This document shows, in pieces, positions 43,614-53,530 of a stretch of 64,000 bases of DNA (the stretch's first letter is position 1; each line of letters begins with the position of its first letter). Position numbers and translations under genes: made by a program. Source of the DNA: Candidatus Bathyarchaeota archaeon (lineage in GTDB: Archaea > Thermoproteota > Bathyarchaeia > Bathyarchaeales > Bathycorpusculaceae); NCBI GenBank assembly GCA_963775685.1, contig CAVZJV010000014.1, forward strand, positions 384,001 through 448,000, in the 5' to 3' direction. The notes under the pieces were generated by a model. It was not told the origin of the DNA, did not search any database, and was given only the letters and a program-made list of their open reading frames with translations.

Positions 43614-44774
43614 TTACATCGACGGAAATCTTCGTCTAAAATAGCCCTTTAGAAATTCATGATCATTTGCTAATTCTGTGCTTTTTACAATTTGGCCCTC
43701 AAGTCTATCTAAAGCTACCTTGAACGTCTGTTCCACACCATACCCCTCGCCTGAACTGAAAAATCCGCCTTTCTTTGTTCTAAATTGCAGTCGGCAATGA
43801 ATTAACTGATCCCCCTTGAAGTTTGTGCCATGCGTCTTCATGTAGACAAATAGCGTGCCAGCGTCTAAGGTTCCTCCGTATCTGTGGGTAAAAGATTCGA
43901 AGTCGTCCATAACTGCGCCTCGTTGAATTTCATCAATCTCCACGTCTTTAACTGAAAATTGCACAGTAAGCCTTTCCAATGGTTTTTCCAGTTGAGCTAA
44001 AGGTTCAAGAAAGTCTCGTTTAGTTATGATTCCGACAGGTCTTCCTTTGCTGACGATCACCAAAGAGGAAATGTTGAATTTGTGCATTTGCTCTTCAGCA
44101 TCTCGCAATTTGGATTCAGGAAAAACAGTGATTACAGGCTTAACCATTATGCCCTTCGCATGAATACTTAGAACAGGAACTTTCTCACCTACTCTTTCAC
44201 CTAACCTTTGCACATGTCTGGGCTGAAAGATATTCTCAATAATATCGGAAATGCTCACCATTCCTACGAGTTTTCCATCCTTGACTATGGGAACGTGAGA
44301 GATTCCTTCATTTCTTATAAGACTTAGAACTGCCCCTAGCGATTGGTTTTCTTCTACAGTGAACGGCTTCTTGGTCATTATTTCTTCGACATTAGTGTTA
44401 CCCCATTGGTCCATTACAGCACCATGGATAACATCCTCGTCTGTTACAAAACCTAAGAGCTTGTCTTCACTGTAAACGGGAAGTTGCCTGGTTTCACTCT
44501 CGATCATTAACTTAGCGACTTTACTGAGAGAATCCTTCAGGGTAACGGCAGGCGCTGACCGCGTCAAAGTTTTGACTTTGGTCCCAGACGCATCAAAACT
44601 AGACCGTTTTATCGATTTTCGTGAAATAACCCCTTTGTAACTGCCTTCACTATCGAAAACCGCTAAAACAGGCGACATCCCTTCTTTGAAAAGTGATAGA
44701 GATGAAGAAAGTGCGTCATTTTCCTGTACTTCTAAGAACCCCTTTGAAAAAACATCTTCAACGAGTTTAACCAT
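43614..44774 (-). CDS. 4xCBS protein with C-terminal HPF/RaiA-like domain (Hib-type archaeal ribosome hibernation factor)
   Basis: Four CBS repeats, then TVQFS..GTLFVYMK..IHCRLQFRT..FFSSGEGYG..ALDRLEGQI (S30AE/HPF-like beta-alpha-beta-beta-beta-alpha pattern). Confidence 0.75.
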   Translation of the reverse strand: MVKLVEDVFSKGFLEVQENDALSSSLSLFKEGMSPVLAVFDSEGSYKGVISRKSIKRSSFDASGTKVKTLTRSAPAVTLKDSLSKVAKLMIESETRQLPVYSEDKLLGFVTDEDVIHGAVMDQWGNTNVEEIMTKKPFTVEENQSLGAVLSLIRNEGISHVPIVKDGKLVGMVSISDIIENIFQPRHVQRLGERVGEKVPVLSIHAKGIMVKPVITVFPESKLRDAEEQMHKFNISSLVIVSKGRPVGIITKRDFLEPLAQLEKPLERLTVQFSVKDVEIDEIQRGAVMDDFESFTHRYGGTLDAGTLFVYMKTHGTNFKGDQLIHCRLQFRTKKGGFFSSGEGYGVEQTFKVALDRLEGQIVKSTELANDHEFLKGYFRRRFPSM

Positions 44775-45162
44775 AAAAAACACTTCAGTACTGTTATGTA
44801 TCCTCCCCGAATAATTTAAGCCTTAATAGACTCAGCGCCCTTGCCATAATCGATGTTCTCGTTTTTTAATCAAGTTCACTTCAATTATGTCCTCAGGGCA
44901 AACCTCTACGCCTCTATGATTTGGCTTACTAAAATAGTCGAAGCAAATGGACTGGGTTCATCGGTTATGCTATGCACTTATCCCCGCTGTCCTTGTTCCC
45001 TTTACTGAGGATCCATATACGTCGAACTATTCTGTCAGCTAAGCCAAAGAGAAATAGTAAACAAAATAGTCAACTTTCACGCCGGTTCAAAAATGAGAGT
45101 TATCAATTTTGAGGAAACTAATTATGGGTGGAAGCATTTCTAATTGTAACGAAGAGTTTTTT

Positions 45163-46935
45163 ATGTCTGTTAAAGATCCTGTGTGCGGAATGCCTTTAGA
45201 TGCAACGCTGACCCAGTTTACTGCGAATTTCTTGTCTAAGCAATATTATTTTGACAGCGAGTACTGCATGAATGGTTTTATTGAAGGCGCCAAAATTGCT
45301 TATTTCTCGATGGAAATCGCTATGGATACGGATATTCCTACCTATAGTGGGGGGCTGGGTGTTCTAGCGGGAGACGCGATTAGGTCAAGTTCTGACTTGA
45401 GACTGCCCTTGGTTGCAGTAACCTTAGTGAGCAGGAAAGGCTATCTTAAACAAAAAATAACGCTTGACGGAAGACAATTAGAGTATCCTGAAGAGTGGAA
45501 TCCCTCCAAGTTCATGAAACTGTTGCCAGAAACTGCATCCGTTAAAATTGCTGGACGAGATGTCAAAATCGGCGTGTGGGCCTATGAACAAGAAAGTCTA
45601 ACAGGCGGAACCATCCCAGTGCTGTTTCTCACGACAGATGTTGAAGGGAACACTCAAGAAGACAGAGAAATTACCGATTTTCTTTATGGAGGCGACGAAA
45701 AATACAGGTTAAAACAAGAAATAGTCTTGGGAATCGGTGGAGAACGCATCCTCGAGGCCTTGAAAATCAACGTCAAAAAGTACCATATGAACGAGGGTCA
45801 TTCTAGTCTTCTTACTCTTGAACTGTTAAAGAACAATAATTTGAACATTGACAAAGTAAAAAATTTGTGTGTTTTTACTACGCATACCCCGGTGGCAGCG
45901 GCATTTGATAAGTTCTCATATGACCTCCTCTCGGAAGTACTGGAAACTGAGGTACCGCTAGAAATCCTAAAGAAATATGGTGGACAAGACAAGCTGAATA
46001 TGACCCTTTTAGCTTTAAACCTGAGCAAGTACACAAACGGCGTTACAGAAGCGCATATGGAATACTCAAGGAAGCTTTTTCCTGGATATCACATACAAGA
46101 AATAATCAACGGCGTCCATTCTTACACTTGGACATGCATTCAATTTCGCGAGTTATTCGACAAATATATCCGGGGATGGGCAAATGAACCCGAACTTTTG
46201 GTAAGAATTGATCCCGTTCCTGAAGAGGAGGTGTGGGAAGCCCATTTGAAAGCTAAACAAGATTTACTCCGCTTGGTTCACACCAATACGGGGATTCAGA
46301 TGGATCCAAACGTTTTAACGATAGGTTTTGCCAGAAGAGCCACAGAGTATAAGCGAGCAAAGATGATTTTTTCAGATTTGGAAAAGCTTAAAGAAATCAA
46401 CAGTCAAGGCAAGATTCAATTGATTTTCGCTGGAAAGGCACATCCAAGGGATGAGCTGGGGAAAAGTCTTATCAGAGAAATTTATGAATATATAGAACGG
46501 TTAAAAGGCGTAATGGAAATAGTCTATCTTGAAAATTACAATATGGCGATTGCTGGGAAACTGACTTCTGGAGTTGACGTTTGGCTGAATACGCCCATGC
46601 CGCCAATGGAGGCGTCTGGGACCAGCGGGATGAAAGCTGCGCATAATGGTGTTATCAACTTTAGCGTTTTAGATGGGTGGTGGATAGAGGGATGTGTGGA
46701 AGGTCTCACAGGTTGGGCTATAGGTCCATCGGCCAATCAATGGCTTAATGAACAAGAGACAAGGAAAAGAGAAATTGCTGATCTATACAACAAGCTGGAA
46801 TACGTTATTATTCCAAAATTTTATCGTGAACGCGATAGCTGGATAGACATGATGAAAAACTCTATTGGTAAAGTAGCATATTATTTCAACACTCATCGAA
46901 TGATGCGAAGATACGCCACAGACGCCTATCTATAG
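45163..46935 (+). CDS. glgP: alpha-glucan phosphorylase with N-terminal YHS domain
   Basis: KDPVCGM..YYFDSEYC; AYFSMEI..YSGGLGVLAGD; HMNEGH; GFARR..YKR; EASGTSGMKAA.NG. Confidence 0.92.
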   Translation: MSVKDPVCGMPLDATLTQFTANFLSKQYYFDSEYCMNGFIEGAKIAYFSMEIAMDTDIPTYSGGLGVLAGDAIRSSSDLRLPLVAVTLVSRKGYLKQKITLDGRQLEYPEEWNPSKFMKLLPETASVKIAGRDVKIGVWAYEQESLTGGTIPVLFLTTDVEGNTQEDREITDFLYGGDEKYRLKQEIVLGIGGERILEALKINVKKYHMNEGHSSLLTLELLKNNNLNIDKVKNLCVFTTHTPVAAAFDKFSYDLLSEVLETEVPLEILKKYGGQDKLNMTLLALNLSKYTNGVTEAHMEYSRKLFPGYHIQEIINGVHSYTWTCIQFRELFDKYIRGWANEPELLVRIDPVPEEEVWEAHLKAKQDLLRLVHTNTGIQMDPNVLTIGFARRATEYKRAKMIFSDLEKLKEINSQGKIQLIFAGKAHPRDELGKSLIREIYEYIERLKGVMEIVYLENYNMAIAGKLTSGVDVWLNTPMPPMEASGTSGMKAAHNGVINFSVLDGWWIEGCVEGLTGWAIGPSANQWLNEQETRKREIADLYNKLEYVIIPKFYRERDSWIDMMKNSIGKVAYYFNTHRMMRRYATDAYL

Positions 46936-46966
46936 GTTAAAAATTTGGACCAAATAAAAACGGTGT

Positions 46967-48300
46967 GTGACAGAAAACGGGTATTTTTAGAGCTTACGAC
47001 ATAAGAGGAATTTACGGTAAAGACTTGACAGAAGAGATTATGACCAAAATAGGTGAAGCCGCCGGAACTCTATGCCCGGGTACCTTCACGATTGGACGAG
47101 ACTTCCGAGAGCATGGCACCGAACTTGAGATTGCGTTCGTTTCAGGACTGAAAAAAACGGGGTCAAACGCTAATCTGGTTGGAACCTGTCCTGCGAGTCT
47201 TTGCGTCTTTGCCAACTGGAAAATGAAAAACGATGCAACCGCCTACATAACCGCGTCCCATCTGCCAGCAGAGTGGAACGGCGTCAAATTCTTCCACCAA
47301 GACGGAGTCGGCTTCTTCGAAGAACGAAAACAAAAAACTGGGCGAGATCATCATCTCAGAAAAGTTCAAAACAGGCAGAGGAACAGCAAAGAAGCTTGAA
47401 GGAATGGACACAGAATACGCTAATTTCGTGGCCGAAAAAATAAAACCAGAGAAAATAAGTCTTGTCGCTGACTTCGGAAACGGGGCCGCATGTCTATTGG
47501 TACCGAAAATACTCAAGAAAATCGGTGTCAAAGCCACTTTCCTGTTTGATTGGCCCGACCCAACGTTTTCAAACAGAGACCCTGAACCGAAACCAGAAAC
47601 CTTGACTGCTCTGTGCAAGAAGGTTGTATCGGAGAAGGCAGATCTCGGAATAGCGTTTGACGGCGATGGCGACAGAGCAATTTTCGTTGATGACAAAGGC
47701 AAAGTCATAATGACCGAGCAAAGCGCAATCCTCTTCATCAGGGACATAATGAAAACTCACAAGGGTCCTGTCGTCGCCAACATAGAATGTTCAGACATCA
47801 TCGAGGATGAGGTTAAGAAATACGGGGAAAAAGTGTTTCGTGTACCAGTTGGACATACGTTTTTAGTGCAGGAGACCAAGAAGCACAAAGCTGTTTTCGG
47901 GGTTGAAAAATCGGGTCACATTTGCGTTCCAAAGTTCTTCTGGTTTGACGACGCAATAATAAACAGTATGTACATGGCGGAAATCGTCTCAAAAATGGGG
48001 CAGAAACTCTCAGAAGCCGTTAAACAGTTGCCGGGGAGGCTCTTCGAAAGAATCGAAATAAAGTGCTCAGACGAAACGAAGTTTCAAGTTATCAACAAAA
48101 TAAAAGAAAAAGCTATGGCAGCATATCAAAACATAAACACGATTGATGGCGTTAAAATTGTTTTTCCAGATTCGTGGGCTCTGATCAGAGCATCAAACAC
48201 ATCACCGATAATGCGCTTATCGATAGAGGCAAGAGACCAAAAAAGACTTGACGAACTCAAAAAGGAAATGATAAAACTGATAGAGAGTGTCAATTTATGA
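46967..48300 (+). CDS. phosphoglucomutase/phosphomannomutase (frameshifted)
   Basis: IFRAYDIRG, ITASHLP, FDGDGDR, EKSGH, LIRASNT. Confidence 0.88.
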
Positions 48301-50744
48301 GTGAAGGTCTCTTAACCACGGAAGAGGCAAAGAAAGCCAATATTGATGAACTATTAAGCAAACTTTCGGCAGGCAAAGGAGGTCTTTCTTCCTCAGAAGC
48401 AGAAAAACGACTTCAGCAATACGGTCCTAATGAGATTCAGGAAAAAAAAGTTAACCCGCTACTAAAGTTTCTTCACTATTTTTGGGGTCCAATTCCATGG
48501 ATGATTGAAGCAGCAGTAGTAATGTCTGCAGTTATCCAACGGTGGCCTGATTTTGCAATAATCTTGACGCTACTAATGGTAAACGCCATAGTAGGGTCGT
48601 GGCAGGAACGTAAAGCGGGTAATGCTATAGAACTACTAAAGAAGAGATTAGCCTTAAAAGCGCGTGTCCTGCGCGATGGGAAATGGCAGGGAACGCCCGC
48701 TGAAAAACTGGTGCCAGGCGACATTGTTCGACTTCGTTTAGGAGAAATCATTCCTGCCGATGTAAAACTAATCGACGGAGATTACCTCTTAACCGACGAG
48801 TCCGCATTAACGGGAGAATCGCTGCCTGTTGAGAAACATCTCTCAGACATCGGATATGCAAGCTCGATTGTCAAACAAGGTGAAATGAACGCGCTTGTAG
48901 TAAACACCGCAGCCAAGACTTTTTTTGGCAAAACCGCTAAACTCGTAGAGCAAGCCCAAACTCCGAGCCACTTTCAAAAAGCCATCGGCAAAATAGGCGA
49001 TTACCTGATTTTCTTAGCGATAGGACTCGTAATAGTGATCGTTTTAGTTTCGATTTTTAGAGGTCAAAACATTTTAGACATCATTCAATTTGCATTGATC
49101 TTAACTGTTGCAGGGATACCTGCAGCACTTCCCGCGGTTCTCTCAGTTACAATGGCCATAGGAGCCATAGCCCTCGCCAGAAAGGAAGCGATCGTTAGCA
49201 AATTGGTTGCGATTGAGGAAATGGCAAGCATGGACGTGCTATGCTCAGACAAAACGGGCACTATCACTAAAAATGCGCTCACTATGGGCGGAACTAAACC
49301 TTACGATAAATTCTCAGAAAATGACGTACTGTTATTCAGTGCTCTTGCGTCAAGAGAAGAAGATAAAGACCCTATCGACGAAGCAATCTTAACTAAAACT
49401 AAGAGTACACCTGCCATCTCGGATAGAATAGGGCATATCAAAGTGACCAGTTTTAAGCCATTCGATCCCGTCATTAAAAGAGCTGAGGCGACAGTACAAG
49501 GTGAAGATGGAAATCAGTTTAAGGTGACTAAAGGAGCACCTCAGGTAATTCTGGCTTTGGTCGAAGACAAGAAAAAGGTCAATAGCAAATTAACAGAAGA
49601 TGTTAATGAGTTTGCCAAGAAAGGGTATCGTGCGCTGGGTGTTGCTCGAACTGACGAGGAAAACAAGTGGCAGTTTGCAGGTTTAATTGCTTTATTCGAT
49701 CCGCCAAGGGAAGATTCAGCCCAAACGATTAAGACGGCTCAATCGATGGGTGTCAGCGTGAAGATGGTTACGGGGGACCACATTGCTATTGCCAAAGAGA
49801 TTTCGAGTCAGGTCAACCTTGGAAATGATATTGTGTTGCCCGCTGCTTTTTTGGATAAGTCTGACGGTGAGGCTCAGCGCGTGGTTGAAGAGGCTGAAGG
49901 CTTTGCAGAGGTCTTCCCTGAGCATAAGTACCGTATTGTTGAGCTTCTCCAAGAAGAAGACCATGTTGTAGGGATGACTGGAGATGGGGTTAATGATGCG
50001 CCGGCTTTGAAGAAGGCTAATGCGGGTATTGCGGTTGAGGGCGCCACTGACGCAGCAAAATCAGCAGCGGATATAGTTTTGACTAAGCCTGGTCTTTCTG
50101 TTATAATCGACGCGATTAAGGAGAGTCGTAAGATTTTCCAGCGCATGACTAATTACTGCACCTACCGCATCGCTGAAACGATAAGGATTCTGCTTTTTAT
50201 GACTACATCAATCGTCATTTTCCAGTTTTACCCTGTTACTGCTCTGATGCTTGTTTTGTTAGCTCTTTTAAATGACCTGCCGATCATGACTATAGCTTAT
50301 GACAAAGTGAAGTATTCGGATAAACCTGAGAAATGGGATATGCGTTCTTTGTTGGGAATAGCGACGTTTCTTGGAATAATAGGGGTCTTCTCAACTTTTG
50401 GGATTCTCTATCTTGGACTAGTTGTGTTGAAGCTAAACCCACTTGTTTTGCAATCTTTCATATATCTCAAACTTTCAGTTGCAGGGCACTTGACTGTGTT
50501 TGTCGCGAGAACTAAGGGTCACTTTTGGTCAGTGAAACCGGCAAAGCCGCTTCTGTTTGCAGTCATTGCTACTCAACTTGTCGCTACAATAATTACTGTA
50601 TACGGTATTTTGCTTCCTGCAATGGGTTGGGGGTTAGCCGCCCTGGTGTGGGGTTATGCGTTGGTCCTCTTTGTCATAACAGACTTTGCCAAGGTACGCT
50701 TGTATAAGCTACTTGACCATACTGGAATTAAATTTCATGAATAG
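48297..50744 (+). CDS. plasma-membrane proton-efflux P-type ATPase (P3A)
   Basis: FWGPIPWMIE, ALTGES, CSDKTGT, KGAPQ, TGDGVNDAP, ALLND.PI. Confidence 0.93.
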   Translation: MSEGLLTTEEAKKANIDELLSKLSAGKGGLSSSEAEKRLQQYGPNEIQEKKVNPLLKFLHYFWGPIPWMIEAAVVMSAVIQRWPDFAIILTLLMVNAIVGSWQERKAGNAIELLKKRLALKARVLRDGKWQGTPAEKLVPGDIVRLRLGEIIPADVKLIDGDYLLTDESALTGESLPVEKHLSDIGYASSIVKQGEMNALVVNTAAKTFFGKTAKLVEQAQTPSHFQKAIGKIGDYLIFLAIGLVIVIVLVSIFRGQNILDIIQFALILTVAGIPAALPAVLSVTMAIGAIALARKEAIVSKLVAIEEMASMDVLCSDKTGTITKNALTMGGTKPYDKFSENDVLLFSALASREEDKDPIDEAILTKTKSTPAISDRIGHIKVTSFKPFDPVIKRAEATVQGEDGNQFKVTKGAPQVILALVEDKKKVNSKLTEDVNEFAKKGYRALGVARTDEENKWQFAGLIALFDPPREDSAQTIKTAQSMGVSVKMVTGDHIAIAKEISSQVNLGNDIVLPAAFLDKSDGEAQRVVEEAEGFAEVFPEHKYRIVELLQEEDHVVGMTGDGVNDAPALKKANAGIAVEGATDAAKSAADIVLTKPGLSVIIDAIKESRKIFQRMTNYCTYRIAETIRILLFMTTSIVIFQFYPVTALMLVLLALLNDLPIMTIAYDKVKYSDKPEKWDMRSLLGIATFLGIIGVFSTFGILYLGLVVLKLNPLVLQSFIYLKLSVAGHLTVFVARTKGHFWSVKPAKPLLFAVIATQLVATIITVYGILLPAMGWGLAALVWGYALVLFVITDFAKVRLYKLLDHTGIKFHE

Positions 50745-50843
50745 ACCCGAGAGCGAAGGAATATTCAGAAAAACAGGACGTAACAAGAAACCCTTTATCC
50801 ATTTAGCCCCAAGATATGTGCAAGTCCATTTACATTATTATTT

Positions 50844-50913
50844 CTAATTCTCAATCAATAGAAAATCTATCAACAAGAAATAACATCGCCGATATTTGAA
50901 CCCGAATTATGGT
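50844..50913 (+). repeat. 70-bp diverged direct repeat, copy 1
   Basis: 56/70 identical to 52845..52914. Confidence 0.8.
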
Positions 50914-50950
50914 AATGCTGTGGTGCGGTCGCAGAGTTGTATACCCATTT

Positions 50951-50967
50951 CAGAGTGTGTGAAAAAC
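50951..50967 (+). mobile_element. IS1182-like terminal repeat
   Basis: CAGAGTGTGTGAAAAAC; inverted match to 53280..53295. Confidence 0.5.
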
Positions 50968-51126
50968 CATTGATCGCACAATTTTAGGGATTGAATTCCT
51001 CGTTGATGTTTTCGTCTTCATGAGCTCAGCGCTTGTATCTATTTTAAGATTGTGACTGTGTTACTGCAACAACGTGCGTTTAATAGTCTCTGTAATTACC
51101 CCTTACTTGTTTGGAGTTGCTGATTT

Positions 51127-51453
51127 TTGGGCGCTATAGATCAAGTTATTAATTTCATTACCTCTGGAAGCATCGGCGGAATTCCACCGTTAGTTTTGAT
51201 GATTATTCCATTTGTCATCGGACTAATCATCGGCTACCTTGTCCACAAAATGCTAAAGATCGCGATTATAGCTACCATTATACTGGTCGTAGTTGCTTAC
51301 TTTGGGTTTTTCGGTTTAAGCCTTGGCGCCTTGAAAGGCATTGCAGACACATATGGTCCTATTGCAATTCAATATGGAGTACTTCTCATGGGTATGCTAC
51401 CGCTTGGTTTAGGACTAATCGTAGGTTTTGTCATAGGTTTCGTATTATCGTAA
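51127..51453 (+). CDS. small membrane protein, FUN14-like
   Basis: FVIGLIIGY..K.LK..I + C-terminal G-rich helix. Confidence 0.55.
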   Translation: MGAIDQVINFITSGSIGGIPPLVLMIIPFVIGLIIGYLVHKMLKIAIIATIILVVVAYFGFFGLSLGALKGIADTYGPIAIQYGVLLMGMLPLGLGLIVGFVIGFVLS

Positions 51454-51747
51454 CCAACCAATCCCTCTTTATGAGAAAGCTGCTGAAAATCGGCGTATAG
51501 GCGGTTTGAGGTTATTTCATGCGTGTTATTACCTGCGGAACCTAACAAAAAACAACCGACTCCCAAGATATTAAGTGTGTAAAACCTGTTGAGTAAGCAA
51601 CTGAGGCGAAAATTCAAACTCTAGTGGAAAAAAATATCTATATCTTAAGTAACAAAAGAGCATCAAGTTTAAAGAAAGCGCAAGAGTTACGTCACTAAAA
51701 AACTACAAATGTATTGTCGATTTTAAAACTTTATCGGGTCATTAAAG

Positions 51748-52773
51748 ATGAAACAAGTTCCCCAAAATGTGTTTGAAAAAAAATCGCCACATCTCTCGGA
51801 TAACTTTCGCATGGGGTTTAGAATTTATAGCGGGTTGATCTCAAACCTGCTGGGTGCAAAGGTTCCTTTTTTCTGCGGACATAAATTGACTTACAACTGT
51901 AACCTCCGCTGCAAGATGTGTCCTTTTTGGAGAAGACCCAGCCCAGATCCAAGTCTTGCGCAGGAGAAAGCAGTATTAAGAGAAATTTATTATTCAGGTG
52001 CTGTTGGGGTTGCTTTTGAGGGCGGGGAACCGTTGCTTAGGCATGATTTGGTGGATATTCTTGCTTTTTCCCGATCTCTGCCTTTGCATACAAGCCTAAT
52101 TACCAATGGTACTCTGCTTGAATCCAGAATAGACGAAATAGCTCCCTACATCAATGGTGTTGTTTATGTTTCGCTAGATGGTTTGGAAAAGACTCATGAT
52201 GAAATTCGAGGAATAGATGGCAGTTTTAGGAAATCCGTTCGGGGAATAAATGCAGCCAAAGAAAAAGTTTCTTTAACCATCAACACGACGATTATGGCTG
52301 AGAACATTGATGAAATCGAAAGCATGATCATATTAGCCAAAGACTGGGGTATCAAAATATCGGTTGCAGTAACTCATGAATACTGCAACTCAAGTGCTTC
52401 TTTACCAGACATTAATAAAATACCGAAAATTGCCCGAAAGCTCATGCAAATGAAGCGAGAAGGCTACCCCATCGTCAACTCTATGGGTTACTTTAAAGTG
52501 ATGGCGAAAGAGAAAAAATGGCAATGCAAACCCTGGACTATGATAAACATCGACCCACACGGAAAAGTAGTTTTGCCTTGCTACGTCCACAACGACTATG
52601 TCAGTAGTGTTTCCATTTTTGAGGGAGGATTAAAAGGGGCTATATCTAATTTTGACTGGAAAAAAACAAAAAACTGTCAAAGGTGCAGTCTCCATTGTTA
52701 TGTGGAGCCTTCTTTGGTGCTTTCAAGAGACATCAGCACGTTCATGCATTGGGCATTTCGAGTTAGCATCTAA
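51748..52773 (+). CDS. radical SAM protein with C-terminal Cys cluster (PTO1314-like)
   Basis: CNLRCKMC, GGEPLL, ITNG, SLDG, C..PC..CQRC..HCYVEPS. Confidence 0.85.
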   Translation: MKQVPQNVFEKKSPHLSDNFRMGFRIYSGLISNLLGAKVPFFCGHKLTYNCNLRCKMCPFWRRPSPDPSLAQEKAVLREIYYSGAVGVAFEGGEPLLRHDLVDILAFSRSLPLHTSLITNGTLLESRIDEIAPYINGVVYVSLDGLEKTHDEIRGIDGSFRKSVRGINAAKEKVSLTINTTIMAENIDEIESMIILAKDWGIKISVAVTHEYCNSSASLPDINKIPKIARKLMQMKREGYPIVNSMGYFKVMAKEKKWQCKPWTMINIDPHGKVVLPCYVHNDYVSSVSIFEGGLKGAISNFDWKKTKNCQRCSLHCYVEPSLVLSRDISTFMHWAFRVSI

Positions 52774-52844
52774 TTTTCTCCAGATCACTTCAAGACTTGA
52801 AGTCTCTCCCGAACTTAAACGGGAGTCAAATTATAATATTACTC

Positions 52845-52914
52845 CTAATTTTCAATCAATAGGCAATTTTTCAGCAAGAAATGGTATCGTTGAGATTTTA
52901 ACCCAAATTATGGT
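52845..52914 (+). repeat. 70-bp diverged direct repeat, copy 2
   Basis: See 50844..50913. Confidence 0.8.
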
Positions 52915-52945
52915 GTGTTTAAGGCATATGGAACAATCCTATAAC

Positions 52946-53295
52946 CAGACCCTGTAAAAAACTCGGAATTAGAAACGAACTTTACTTGAATTCAACTCTC
53001 GCCTTAGCTCTTTATTGCTGTCTGTCTTGGCTTTTCTTATGACTTCACGATAGCTTTTAGCGTTCCAACTCCAAGAATATCGATGGCTCGTCTCATGTAG
53101 GCAAGCATCGTAAATCCGACTTCGCCTTTGACCTTCTTAAGTCCCTTCAAGAGCAGATAACCATAATTAAAAACTCTCTTCAAGGTTCTGTTGCGGGTTC
53201 AAAAATGTTTTCTTAGGCATGTATAGCTGATATTTAACCAATTATACTATAAAACTATCATTTCCTCAAAAACCTGATAGTTCTCACACACTCTG
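52946..53295 (-). mobile_element. internally deleted IS1182-family element with transposase C-terminal remnant
   Basis: Ends CAGACCCTGTAAAAAACTC and (rc) CAGAGTGTGTGAGAAC; 53037..53186(-) translates TLKRVFNYGYLLLKGLKKVKGEVGFTMLAY/MRRAIDILG. Confidence 0.7.
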
Positions 53296-53530
53296 ATATT
53301 GGTATGAGTCTCTAATCTATAGTAGTCTGACAAAGCGCCGATGGGGATCATAGCCTCAATTTACCATAAAAAAATCATTCTGAGAATTAGTCGCACCGTA
53401 TTCAGACCCAAAATTTGGGTTTTGTCTCTCATGACGAAAATTTTGAAAACCAAAATATTCTCCAGAAACAACAGTTTATCTTCAGGGAAAAAGAAATAAA
53501 AGAACATTGGAGAGCTCTCTTTGAGTTTCT

